A DNA stretch of 64,000 nt from Schizochytrium sp. TIO01 (Eukaryota; Protista; Bigyra: Labyrinthulomycetes). Position numbers and translations under genes: made by a program. Under the pieces are notes generated by a model. It did no database searches. It was given only the letters and a program-made list of their open reading frames with translations, and was not told where the DNA came from. Shown here piece by piece: positions 11,335-21,200 of this stretch (position 1 is its first letter; every line of letters begins with the position of its first letter). The stretch covers positions 1,054,001-1,118,000 of the forward strand of contig SMSO01000036.1 in the NCBI GenBank assembly GCA_004764695.1, read 5' to 3'.

Positions 11335-12408
11335 ATGGTGTTTGCAGCAAGCACGATGGAGAGCCTGGGCGAGGCCTCTGCTGGAGGAATGGCAGGAGTC
11401 TTCTCGACAGCTACAATGTACCCTTTAGTTGTCGTCAAAACACGATTGCAAGCTCAACGAAAACAAGAAGCTAAGGAACACCTTGGAGAGGAAGCGCATA
11501 AACTTGCCGATGAACCTGGAGCTGCCCAGAGTAAAGCAACGCAGAAAAAGCTTCCTGAGCACTACAATGGACCTCTTGATTGCTTGCTCAAAGTTGCCAC
11601 ACATGAAGGTTTGCGCGGCTTGTATTCAGGACTTGCCAGTTCTCTTCCGAGAGCTTTCTTGACCAACTTCATCTTTTACTTCTTCTACGCGTACCTGAAA
11701 CCATTCTTTCGCAAGTCGCAGACGATGGCTGGCAATATGCTGCACGGCATTTTGGCTGGCATCGGCGTGCAGCTCGTTATGGTACCGTACGAGATGGTCA
11801 ATGTGAAGGTTATGACCGACAAGACCGGCAAGACTAAGTTCTTGGACACATGCGCAAAAATCTTGCGGAAGGATGGTCTTCTAGGGTTTTACAAAGGTAT
11901 CGTCCCATCGCTCATCCTGACACTTAACCCTGGAATCACTAATGTTGTAAGACATTATCTCACTCCATCTGGAATGCAAGCTAGTGCAGGAAAGAACTTC
12001 TGGTCTGGGGCGTCGAGTAAAGCGGTGGCATCGATGATAACCTACCCATATGTTGTGGCGAAGGTACAAATGTTTACACACGAAAAGAAGGATCATCCCT
12101 CCCACACATTATCCAGCACAGAGACACCAAACTGCCAAAGTGATGAAAACGCTGATGGGGTCTCGTCATCAGTGACAAAGACAAAGGAAGGATCGTCTGT
12201 CCAGCAGCAACAGCATCATCATGATGAAACCACTGTGGCTGGAGTTCTAGGCCGAATTATTAAGGATGAAGGTGTTAAAGGAGTTTACAAAGGATGCGAG
12301 ATGCAACTTGGCACTGCTGTTCTAAAAGAGGCAATTCTAAACATGACTAGGCATCAAATTGAACAATTTATCATGGGGTTCTTTGTGTCACCATCAATGA
12401 CCGAGTAA
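11335..12408 (+). CDS. Mitochondrial carrier family protein, peroxisomal adenine-nucleotide/CoA carrier type (ANT1/PNC/SLC25A17-like)
   Basis: Three carrier repeats: YPLVVVKTRLQ..EGLRGLYSG, VPYEMVNVKV..DGLLGFYKG, YPYVVAKVQM..EGVKGVYKG. PSLILTLNPGIT is typical of the peroxisomal subfamily. First in-frame ATG is 11335. Confidence 0.82.
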   Translation: MVFAASTMESLGEASAGGMAGVFSTATMYPLVVVKTRLQAQRKQEAKEHLGEEAHKLADEPGAAQSKATQKKLPEHYNGPLDCLLKVATHEGLRGLYSGLASSLPRAFLTNFIFYFFYAYLKPFFRKSQTMAGNMLHGILAGIGVQLVMVPYEMVNVKVMTDKTGKTKFLDTCAKILRKDGLLGFYKGIVPSLILTLNPGITNVVRHYLTPSGMQASAGKNFWSGASSKAVASMITYPYVVAKVQMFTHEKKDHPSHTLSSTETPNCQSDENADGVSSSVTKTKEGSSVQQQQHHHDETTVAGVLGRIIKDEGVKGVYKGCEMQLGTAVLKEAILNMTRHQIEQFIMGFFVSPSMTE

Positions 12409-12892
12409 TGCCACATTGATATTTTGATTCGGCTTTCACTAGAAGATAATAAAAATAAGGAGATAAATTGATTGTTCAATCGATATGGAACTTTACAAAA
12501 ATGTACGCGATTCTTTTCCTTACAAGGCTATGGGTAGGGACTTAAAAAAAAGTCTGTCTCTTATTTAAAAAACAAAAGAACAAAGTCCTTCTTACGAGTA
12601 ATCATAAAGCGGTCCTGAATATATGGGCTTGGAAGGAAAGATCTCTAAGAATTTAGCAAGGCTTCTGATACCATATCAGAGGTTTAGAACACGCTATTGC
12701 TTAATAAAATACCAAGTAAGTGAAATAGCGCCAATGGCAAGAAGAAAAAAAACTTGTTGGATAGAGATAGGATAGAAATCACAGTAGAGAAGGTTCTTTT
12801 TGGTTGGCATTACTTATTACACCATCCGTATCTTTTGCATGAAGGATGCATCAACGGAATGGCGGCATACTGAAAAGGTTTTTGCAGGGAAA

Positions 12893-14365
12893 TTAAAAGT
12901 GCTTGTTAGTCCAGCGGCAGTGGTACATCTCACCACGGGGCTTATCCTTGCGCTCGAAGGTGTGGCTGCCGAAGAAGTCACGCTGGGCCTGCACAAGAGC
13001 GGCGCCAGGGAGAGTCTCGCGGCGGTACTGGTCGTAGTAAGAAAGGCAAGCCATCATGGATGGTGCCGGGAGTCCGGTAGCAGCACAGAGGGACACAATG
13101 CGGCGCCAGGACTTCTGCTTAGCGGCGATCTCCTCCTTGAACTCAGAGTCGATGAGAAGGTTGGCAAGATCGGGGTCACGGTCGTACGCCTCCTTGATGC
13201 GGTGAAGGAACTTTGCGCGGATAATGCATCCACCAAGCCAAATGCGAGCGCATTCACCGAGGTCAACGTTCCAGTCGCGCTCGCGGGAAGCCTCGCGGAT
13301 GAGGTTGAGTCCCTGAGCGTACGAGCAGATCTTAGTGCAGTAGAGAGCGTTGCGAACATCCTGAATGAGCTGCTCCTTGTCGATCTCGGGCATCTGGGTG
13401 GGTCCATCGAGAAGAGGGGCCATGACAGAGCGAGCGTCCTTGTCGGAGGCAATGTAGCGAGCGTCAAGAGCAGCGCTCATACCACCGGCAGCAACGCCGT
13501 GCTCAGCTGCAGACTGCACGGTCATGCGTCCAGTACCCTTAGATCCAGTGCGGTCGAGGACCATGTCGAGAACGTAGCGGGACTCGTTGCTCTCGAGCTT
13601 CTCGCCGTTGTCATGGTACACATCGGTATCGCGCTTGGCAAGGATCTTGCTGGTGATCTCAATGAGGAAGGAGTCGAGCTCAGCCTTGTTCCAGTCGCCA
13701 AAGACCTTGGCCAACTCGTCGTTGTCAAGGCCTCCAACAGTCTTGAGGATGGTGTAAGCCTCACCGATGCCCTCCATGTCAGAGTACTCGATACCGTTGT
13801 GGACCATCTTGACGTAGTTGCCGGAGCCAGGGCCTCCGATGTAGGTGGTGCAGGGGCCAGCCTCGGTCTGGGCAGCGACCTTCTGAATGATGGGCTCGAT
13901 CAGGTCGTAAGCCTCGCGAGGGCCACCGGGCATGAGAGAGGGGCCGTTACGTGCGCCCTCCTCACCGCCGGAGACACCCATGGCGAGGTACATAATGCCC
14001 TTCTCCTTGCAGGTCTCGCCACGGCGGACGGAGTTCTCGAACCATTCGTTACCACCGTCAATAAGAACGTCACCCTCCTCGAGGTACTGAAGGAAGAGGT
14101 CGATGCAGGAATCAACGGGGGCACCAGCCTTCACGAGGAACATAACCTTACGGGGCTTGGCGAGGGAGTCGATGAACTCCTTGGGGTCCTTGTAGCCCTT
14201 GAGGTTGGAGGCGTTGGCGCCGAGCTCCTTCTCAGCGCGAGAGACGCACTCATCAACCTTAGAGGGGGAGCGGTTGCACACGGAGATGGAGAAGCCCTTC
14301 TCGGCAACGTTGAGGGCGAAGTTCTGGCCCATGACGGCCAGGCCGTAGAGTCCGAACTCGGCCAT
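12893..14365 (-). CDS. gnd: 6-phosphogluconate dehydrogenase, decarboxylating
   Basis: GLAVMGQNFALN, DGGNEW, GVSGGEEGARNGPSLMPGG, VKMVHNGIEY, KGTG, GGCIIRA and QAQRDFFGSHTF. Strong C-ending codon bias. Confidence 0.98.
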   Translation of the reverse strand: MAEFGLYGLAVMGQNFALNVAEKGFSISVCNRSPSKVDECVSRAEKELGANASNLKGYKDPKEFIDSLAKPRKVMFLVKAGAPVDSCIDLFLQYLEEGDVLIDGGNEWFENSVRRGETCKEKGIMYLAMGVSGGEEGARNGPSLMPGGPREAYDLIEPIIQKVAAQTEAGPCTTYIGGPGSGNYVKMVHNGIEYSDMEGIGEAYTILKTVGGLDNDELAKVFGDWNKAELDSFLIEITSKILAKRDTDVYHDNGEKLESNESRYVLDMVLDRTGSKGTGRMTVQSAAEHGVAAGGMSAALDARYIASDKDARSVMAPLLDGPTQMPEIDKEQLIQDVRNALYCTKICSYAQGLNLIREASRERDWNVDLGECARIWLGGCIIRAKFLHRIKEAYDRDPDLANLLIDSEFKEEIAAKQKSWRRIVSLCAATGLPAPSMMACLSYYDQYRRETLPGAALVQAQRDFFGSHTFERKDKPRGEMYHCRWTNKHF

Positions 14366-15318
14366 TTTTCTGGAAAGCGTGCTTGCGAACTAAAACCTTA
14401 GCTGGGATATCCTATCTGCAAGTGAGCCGAAGGCGATCGTGTGCAAATCATTACAATATATACGTAGCGATGCCAGTTTTGATCTTCAAAGTTAGTTTTC
14501 ATAGGTCCTGAGTTGAGTTTTTCTTAGCAACCATTCCCTTTTCTCTAGCCCTCATCATTCGGCACCGTTTCCTTTCTTCTCTGATTTCACTGAGATAATC
14601 GTTGTCGATTCGTGGATGAGTAAAATATGTATCGAGGTTTGGCCAATTTTGCTTTACTTCACTTTACTTGTTTGCACAATCAAGTAAAGTATGTGTGATC
14701 AGTTCTGCTCGCCTACCCCCAAGTGCCATCTATCCTTTGCTCTGGGCTTTATGGTTTTTTGCATTCGACAGCTTTCTTGAAGGGTGAACGACTCTCAAGA
14801 GTGGTTTTTCACCCGGCAGCAAAAGCGCGTAAGCCAGTATAAAGTGATTAAATAATCAGGCCAAACAATGCTCATAGTGACGGCAACTCAGGGTGCTGTT
14901 CTGTCCGCTCCTTTCATGACCGAGCTGCCGTACATATGCTCTGCCTACGTAGCTCAGAGCCCATCGCTCAGAGCTACGTAAATCAGCAAGGACAATTGCT
15001 TTGATATGATGATAGCTACGAAAGAAGCGGAAAGCAAAGAAGCTCCAAAGATAGACAGACCACTCATGATGTGATCATATTGAGCTAGAAAACTTTGCAA
15101 AGAAGCTCCTTTCCTTCTGATTGGCAGCGGCGGCCTGTTCACCTACGCCTCTTCGTCGCTATGCATCTGCTGTCCCTACCCTGCGCTCCGCTCTGCACGC
15201 TTTCTTTCGCTCCGTCGGTCCTTCGCGAGCTTCATCCGCCATTCATAAAACCAAAAATATCAGCGGCCATTTCCAAACCAGCATCCATTACTCTATCCAT
15301 CAACAACTCATCGACCGG

Positions 15319-15630
15319 CTAGCCAGCCAGCCAGCCAGCCAGCCATCCAGACAGCCAGCCTCGGCAGCGCAGTCGCCGCCACGTGTAGCTCCGCCTCCCG
15401 CGCCGCGTGCCTCTCGCCGCGAGTCGTCTCGCGCAGACGTACCTGAGGATCGATCGGGGTCTGAAGTCCAAATCACGAAGGAAGAAACAAATTAAGAAAC
15501 AGAAACAATTAAAGAAACAATCGAATGAATAAAGAAAGAAAGAAAAAAAAGAAAGAAAGAACAAACAAACAAACAAACAAACAAACAAACAAACAAAATG
15601 AATGAATGACTAAAAATGAATGAATGAATG
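15319..15630. repeat. Microsatellite cluster (AGCC)n, (AAAG)n, (AAAC)n, (GAAT)n around a GC-rich island
   Basis: Tetranucleotide runs read directly. Confidence 0.88.
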
Positions 15631-15972
15631 ACCAAAAATGAGTGAATTAGATTCTTCAATAACTGTAGAGGGAATGAATAGCTCGGAATAACTCGATCGA
15701 TACACGCGATAAAACTCGCCAAAGCTCGAGGAGATAAAAGCACGCCTACGCCCGAGCGCCAGAGAAGCCGAAGCAGGATGGGGAGACACAGAAGCTGCTG
15801 ATCGTTGCTGGAAAGGAGGAAGGAGGAAGAAGAAGGTTGCGGTATCAATCAGCAGACAATCAAAATTAACCTGTTTGAGGGAATTCATGAATTATGATCG
15901 ATGCCATACATACTACAATTGATCATTTAGTTTTCAACTCAATTTTTCTTTCCACTTTTGTGATAATTTATA

Positions 15973-16006
15973 AATTAATTAATTAATTAATTAATTAATT
16001 AATTAA
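15973..16006. repeat. (AATT)n self-complementary microsatellite
   Basis: About 8 consecutive aatt units. Confidence 0.9.
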
Positions 16007-16607
16007 AGGTAAAATGCGATGGCTCCCTTCATTAAGCACGACAGGAGAAAAGATTGACTGACTGACTAATAATGCGATGATTCGTCGCAGAAGATCATCA
16101 CAGTGAATGCGATGCGCAAATGATTGATCTCTGGGGCTCGCCGAGCAAAGGAACAGGAAAACGATCGATACGTGGGACGCAGATATTGGCGGGGCCGAAG
16201 GAGCGAAATAGCACAGAAAAATCAGCGATCGGGGCTGAGGATCGTCTTTTCCTTTCGTCGTTTCGTTGACTGACTGGGAAAAGCACTCCATCGATAATTG
16301 ACTTTCCTTTCCTGTTAAAAAAAAAGAAACAAAAACAACGAAAACAAAACAAAAATGGTTTATGTTTTTAGCCAAGTATTGATTGTGCAACGCTGCTGCA
16401 TCTGCTCGCTTATTCAAGAACCTATTTTTCTCACATGCTCGCCAACTTTGAGGGACGATCAAATGGTCTTCTCGCGTTGCCGCGCTTCGTCCATCATTCC
16501 TCCCATCCTTAAAATCCGAGCAAACAGCAGCAAAGGCAGGAATGAACGAGTTTTCGATCGAGCTGTCTCCTTTTCCCATATTCCGCCATCTCAAGTTATC
16601 TTCTCAC

Positions 16608-17130
16608 CGACAATATCAATGACAATATCAATGACAATATCAATGACAATCATATCAATATCAATATCAACAACAATATCAATGTCAATTGGTGCATTCA
16701 TAAAAAGACTCAGCAAAACGTTCTTTCTTTCCTTCCTTTCTTTCTCTTTTCCCAACTTAAAGCCTCAAAAAAGAAAGAGGAAAGAAAAGAGAAAAGGGCA
16801 AACAAACAAACAAATAAAAAACCAACAAATAAACAATCAATCAATCAATCAATCAATCTATCAATCAATCAATCAATCAGTCAGTCGGTCAACCAAAAAG
16901 CAATGCATTCATCACCACTCCATGGATTCCATCCGCAGCGTCTCCGCCCTTTCCGGCCCCGAGGCCCGGGCGTCGAGGTCGCCTGGAGAACTCGCAAGAC
17001 TCCAGCGGGTTTATGGCGCGATAGGGAAAATATAGGGAATAAAGAGGGAAAAGGGAAGGACCCAAAGGAAACCAAAAAGGAAAAGGGAGACAAAACTTAT
17101 TACTCTATCTATCTATCTATCTATCTGTCT
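16608..17130. repeat. Microsatellites (GACAATATCAAT)n, (CAAT)n, (CTAT)n
   Basis: Read directly at ~16608-16685, 16835-16880 and 17104-17130. Confidence 0.85.
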
Positions 17131-17470
17131 ATGTATTTACCAATTTATTTTTAATACTAACTAACCAATTAACTAAAATGTTTTTAATGAATTCGTTAAT
17201 TGTTTTAAGTAATAAATTATATTTAATAATAATAAAATTAAGTGCTTTTATTTCTTTGTTGCTTTGGTGCGTTTGAGCCTTTGATTGTATGACGATCTCT
17301 TTCGCGATTTCATAAAAGGCTCAATTAAAAATGCTCTCTTTGCGGTAAAACTGATACGTACGTACGTATGTACGAATGTATAAATATATGTATGTGTGTA
17401 TGTTGAGGTTTGCTTTGGTTTTGAGGAGAACTTGGAGAGGATAACATGAAAGAGAGTACAGTTTGCAAAC

Positions 17471-17559
17471 AAACTACAGAGTTGCAAACTACAGAGTTGC
17501 AAACTACAGAGTTGCAAACTACAGAGTTGCAAACTACAGAGTTGCAAACTACAAAGTTT
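17471..17559. repeat. 15-bp minisatellite (AAACTACAGAGTTGC) x5 plus one degenerate unit
   Basis: Five perfect units at 17471-17545, then aaactacaaagttt. Confidence 0.95.
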
Positions 17560-18129
17560 ACAGCAGAGGAGGTAATTGAGTTAGACGAAGGAGGAGTCCA
17601 CGAAGAAGAAAGTCAAGCTTCGAGCGAAGCATCGACGCCCAATCAGTCAGCACACTGGACGTCATGACTTCGCTTCGCTTCGGTTGGTCCTCCGATTCCC
17701 CGTCTTTGACGCTCTCTCTCTCTCTATTTCTGATCAAACAAACAAACAAACAAATAAACAAACCACTCTCGTGCAATAATTTGGGTCCTTGTCGGCGCAA
17801 TGTCGCTGCTCCAGAGCCCTATGGGTACCTTAGGTACTGATTCCCTGTGCATCGCTGTCTGTCCACACTTAGAGCTCCATTATGGTGTTCTTGTTTCTCA
17901 TCTTATGCTGCTCTTCGCAATTCTCGCAAGGCTGTCCACAGAACGAGGATGTGCAATCAAAAGCGCATTCAATCAATCAGCTAAACAAACCACCAATCAA
18001 ACAATCAAACAAGCAAGCAAACAAACAAACAAACACTCAAACGCACAGCTGAGCAGAGACAAGCACCACCAGGGCCTCCGCGACAATGACGAACCGATGA
18101 TGAATTGACTGTCAATCGCCAGAACATGC

Positions 18130-18226
18130 ATGAATGAATGAATTTATGAATGAATGAATGAATTACAAAATGAATTACAAAATGAATTACAAAATGAATT
18201 ACAAAATGAATAAATGAATGAATGAG
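18130..18226. repeat. (GAAT)n interleaved with 12-bp (GAATTACAAAAT)x4
   Basis: Read directly. Confidence 0.88.
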
Positions 18227-21200
18227 TTACAAGAACAGCATCAACTGCGCCATGAAATCCATCGGCAAAGGCGCCTCAGTCAGCTTGGAAAGCAGCAGTA
18301 GACAAGCAATAGTGGCGGCCACGGCGACGACAATGAGGCGAACTTGAAGAGTGAAGAACAGGTGTCATCAATAAGCTCCGGAAACACCCGAGGTGAGGGG
18401 AAGGACCGACGCAGTGAGTCACTCAACTCACTCAGTCGCTGCTGCTTTGCCTATTATACGGCTTATAAGTTTGGCGCAGAACAGGGCAAGAACCTTGAAG
18501 CACGCCTGCACACGCTCGCACGCACGCACGCAAGCAAGCAAATGCTGGCACCTTTGGGCGTCGCGAACATTGCTGTGGTGCGGGTACCTTCTTCAAGATG
18601 CCAAGCACAGGCTCTTCATGGATTGCTTGAGCAATCGAATGGATGATGAAGGATGAGGTATCATAAAGAACACTTTCCTTTTAAAAAAGTTTTTTTTTTC
18701 ATTAAAAGATAATTTTGATTAAGAATATCCTTCCTTAGTTCTGAAAAAGTAAAAGGATATGATATATTTAGGCTTTTCCTTTCTTAAGGAACGAACTTGG
18801 GATAATCATGAGTGATGTTTAAGAGAAATAAACCTTGCAAAGACTTGACATAATAACGAAAGCATCAGCAAGGCATCCTTGCCATCGACACCCTCAAAAG
18901 CTCACAGCTTCTTTCGCCGATTGAGACAGATTAGGATCAGAGAGTTCGCCATTTCATGAGCAATAACTCCCTTTGGTCGGTGCCGTCTGTTTCTTTTTCT
19001 TCTGGCTTACCTATAAAGATTGTAGGGTATGGAAACCTATCTCAACGACATGAACGAAGCAAGTTGAATCTACATGTGAACCGGCATCGTCTGCGACGTG
19101 GTTGTTGTGCATAGCTTGGATGGTTTAGAGGACAATGCCGTGGCCACGTATCTTGTTTACCAATAACGTATCCTTACCTTGGTGGTCCGCCAGAGCCCTC
19201 ACGATGCAGCAGTGTGAGCGAGCACGTGACCGCCTCCTCCTGAAGATGGTTCTTGGTTCTTCACTCTCTGACAGAGTGCGAAGAATGTTTCTCAAGCGAA
19301 TGGCCCATGAGCCCTGCAAAAAGTATGCCGATGGCCCAAGCAAGCTACACAGCGTGCAAGCCACAGCAGGATAGGATAGCAGCAAAAACTAGCTCCCAAG
19401 GTTGAAGTCTTGCCTTGCATCAATGGAGGCAGCTTCTGGCCCTGCCTTGTTAACGGGCTCAGAGAAAGCAGTGAAGACTGCCAGTGGCTACCGTGGTCTG
19501 AATATATTGGCAGCCCGAGCCGCGCTGCAAGCAGCCCCGCGACTCATGAAGAACTCCAATACGCCACCGAAGAGAACTAACTTTCCAAGGTTGTAAAACG
19601 ATGTTTAATCTAAATGACAAAGAACTTGAAACTAAATAAATATTTTCGTCGGTACCTTATTTCTTCTTCAGAACAAAAGGAAGGAATTGAGATTCTGAAT
19701 TGAATGGAGTAAAATACAGTATTCCACCGTACAACTTTGCGCCATGCAATGCAGAAGTTCATCGTCATGCTAGAGTATGACTCCATATGGTCACAGTCAC
19801 AGATAAATGGATGAGGTTAAATTTGGGCCTGATCAGCATTGGGCTTTTTTAGAGTGCGGGCTCCCATCACTCAGTCTGACAAGACGATGCAAGAGTGTAT
19901 GAAAATAAGGTGTACCGTAAGGTTGGAACACCTCCGAATTTTACTCGTGGGAGGGTGGGAAACTCCTCGAAGTTATAGTCTCTAAGAGCTGCAATGTTCG
20001 TAAAAATGCATGGTACACGCAGAGCACTTCAACAATATCACGACAAATTGTTGGCGGTCTTGGATGACTTAGGTCGAGAGAGTCCAACCGTGTTGAAATA
20101 TTTTCATATTTATAGGTAACCCTTACCATTGTCCGCATTATATTTATAGATCCCCAATTTTAACAGTAGGACAGTGATGAATATAGAACTACAACTCTAT
20201 GGTTCTACATGTACCAACATAAATTTTAGAGATAAAACAAGTATCCCTAATTTCAAACTAGATCAGCAGGAACTCCAGACTTATGTGGGCAATCTGAATA
20301 CCGCTTGAACCCTACTCTAGGCAGAATTGTTTGATCTCAAGATTGTGGTCGTAGTGGACGAAATACCCAGACGCAAGATTGCTACTAACCTAAAAAAGCA
20401 AGAATTGGAAACTTTAACACCCCTATCGAGCAACACTGCATCGACCGATATCTCCTTCCTTCCTCTGCGCTGTTCAAGACTCGCATGATGGTCTGGCCCA
20501 TACAAAACGGGCTGCCTCTAATGCGATCCACCGTTTTCATCGCAGCAAGGGACAAAACGCTCCTAGATTCTTAATTATTTTAAAATCTTTTTAATTCTTC
20601 TTCTAATAATATTTTAATTGTACGACTATGTTTAATACTTTTAATTTGAAAATAAAAATAAAATAAGGATAAATATCATGGATTATCTTTTTAAATGATG
20701 CAAATCATAACAAAATCCTCATCGATCAATGAGTATTTAAAGTGCTAACTACTAACTACTATTGCAACCTATACACTTTCTAATCGCACTTAAACCGTGA
20801 CTCATAAAGAAACAACTTCGCAATTAACATATTTTAACGAACCCACCCCTACTCGAAAGCCTATGCTGCCTCTACTAGGGATATAACGGGCATTTATTTC
20901 ACTAATGTTCACTTTGGGAATGGCCTTCTGGGTGTTCTCTCAGAAGAAGTCAGAGTCCTTCCTCAAGAGCTTTCCCATAAGAGCGCCTTCTTCCAGGCTG
21001 CTTGGAACTTGCTCGTTGACGGCGCATTGACGGATTGCTCTCAAGTTTTGCGATGAACTATTTGGAACCAGGGAACACGATGCGAACACAGCTTGGTCTT
21101 CAAGTTTGGTTGGTGACCATCAGCGTAGCAGGTCATATATAATTACCGATGACTACCCAGGTGCCTTGGTATCTGCTTAGCTGATGCCCGGTCTTAGGCT

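Noticed and set aside
12800-14401. 533-aa ORF antisense to gnd
   Set aside because: Shadow frame caused by strong codon bias of a highly expressed gene. It has a non-ATG start and no recognisable motifs.
15995-17035. 199- and 226-aa ORFs
   Set aside because: Kept open by microsatellites (ISMT, NQSI runs), with no protein-like composition.
17471-17559. Possible CRISPR-like array
   Set aside because: Head-to-tail repeats with no spacers, no cas genes, eukaryotic context.
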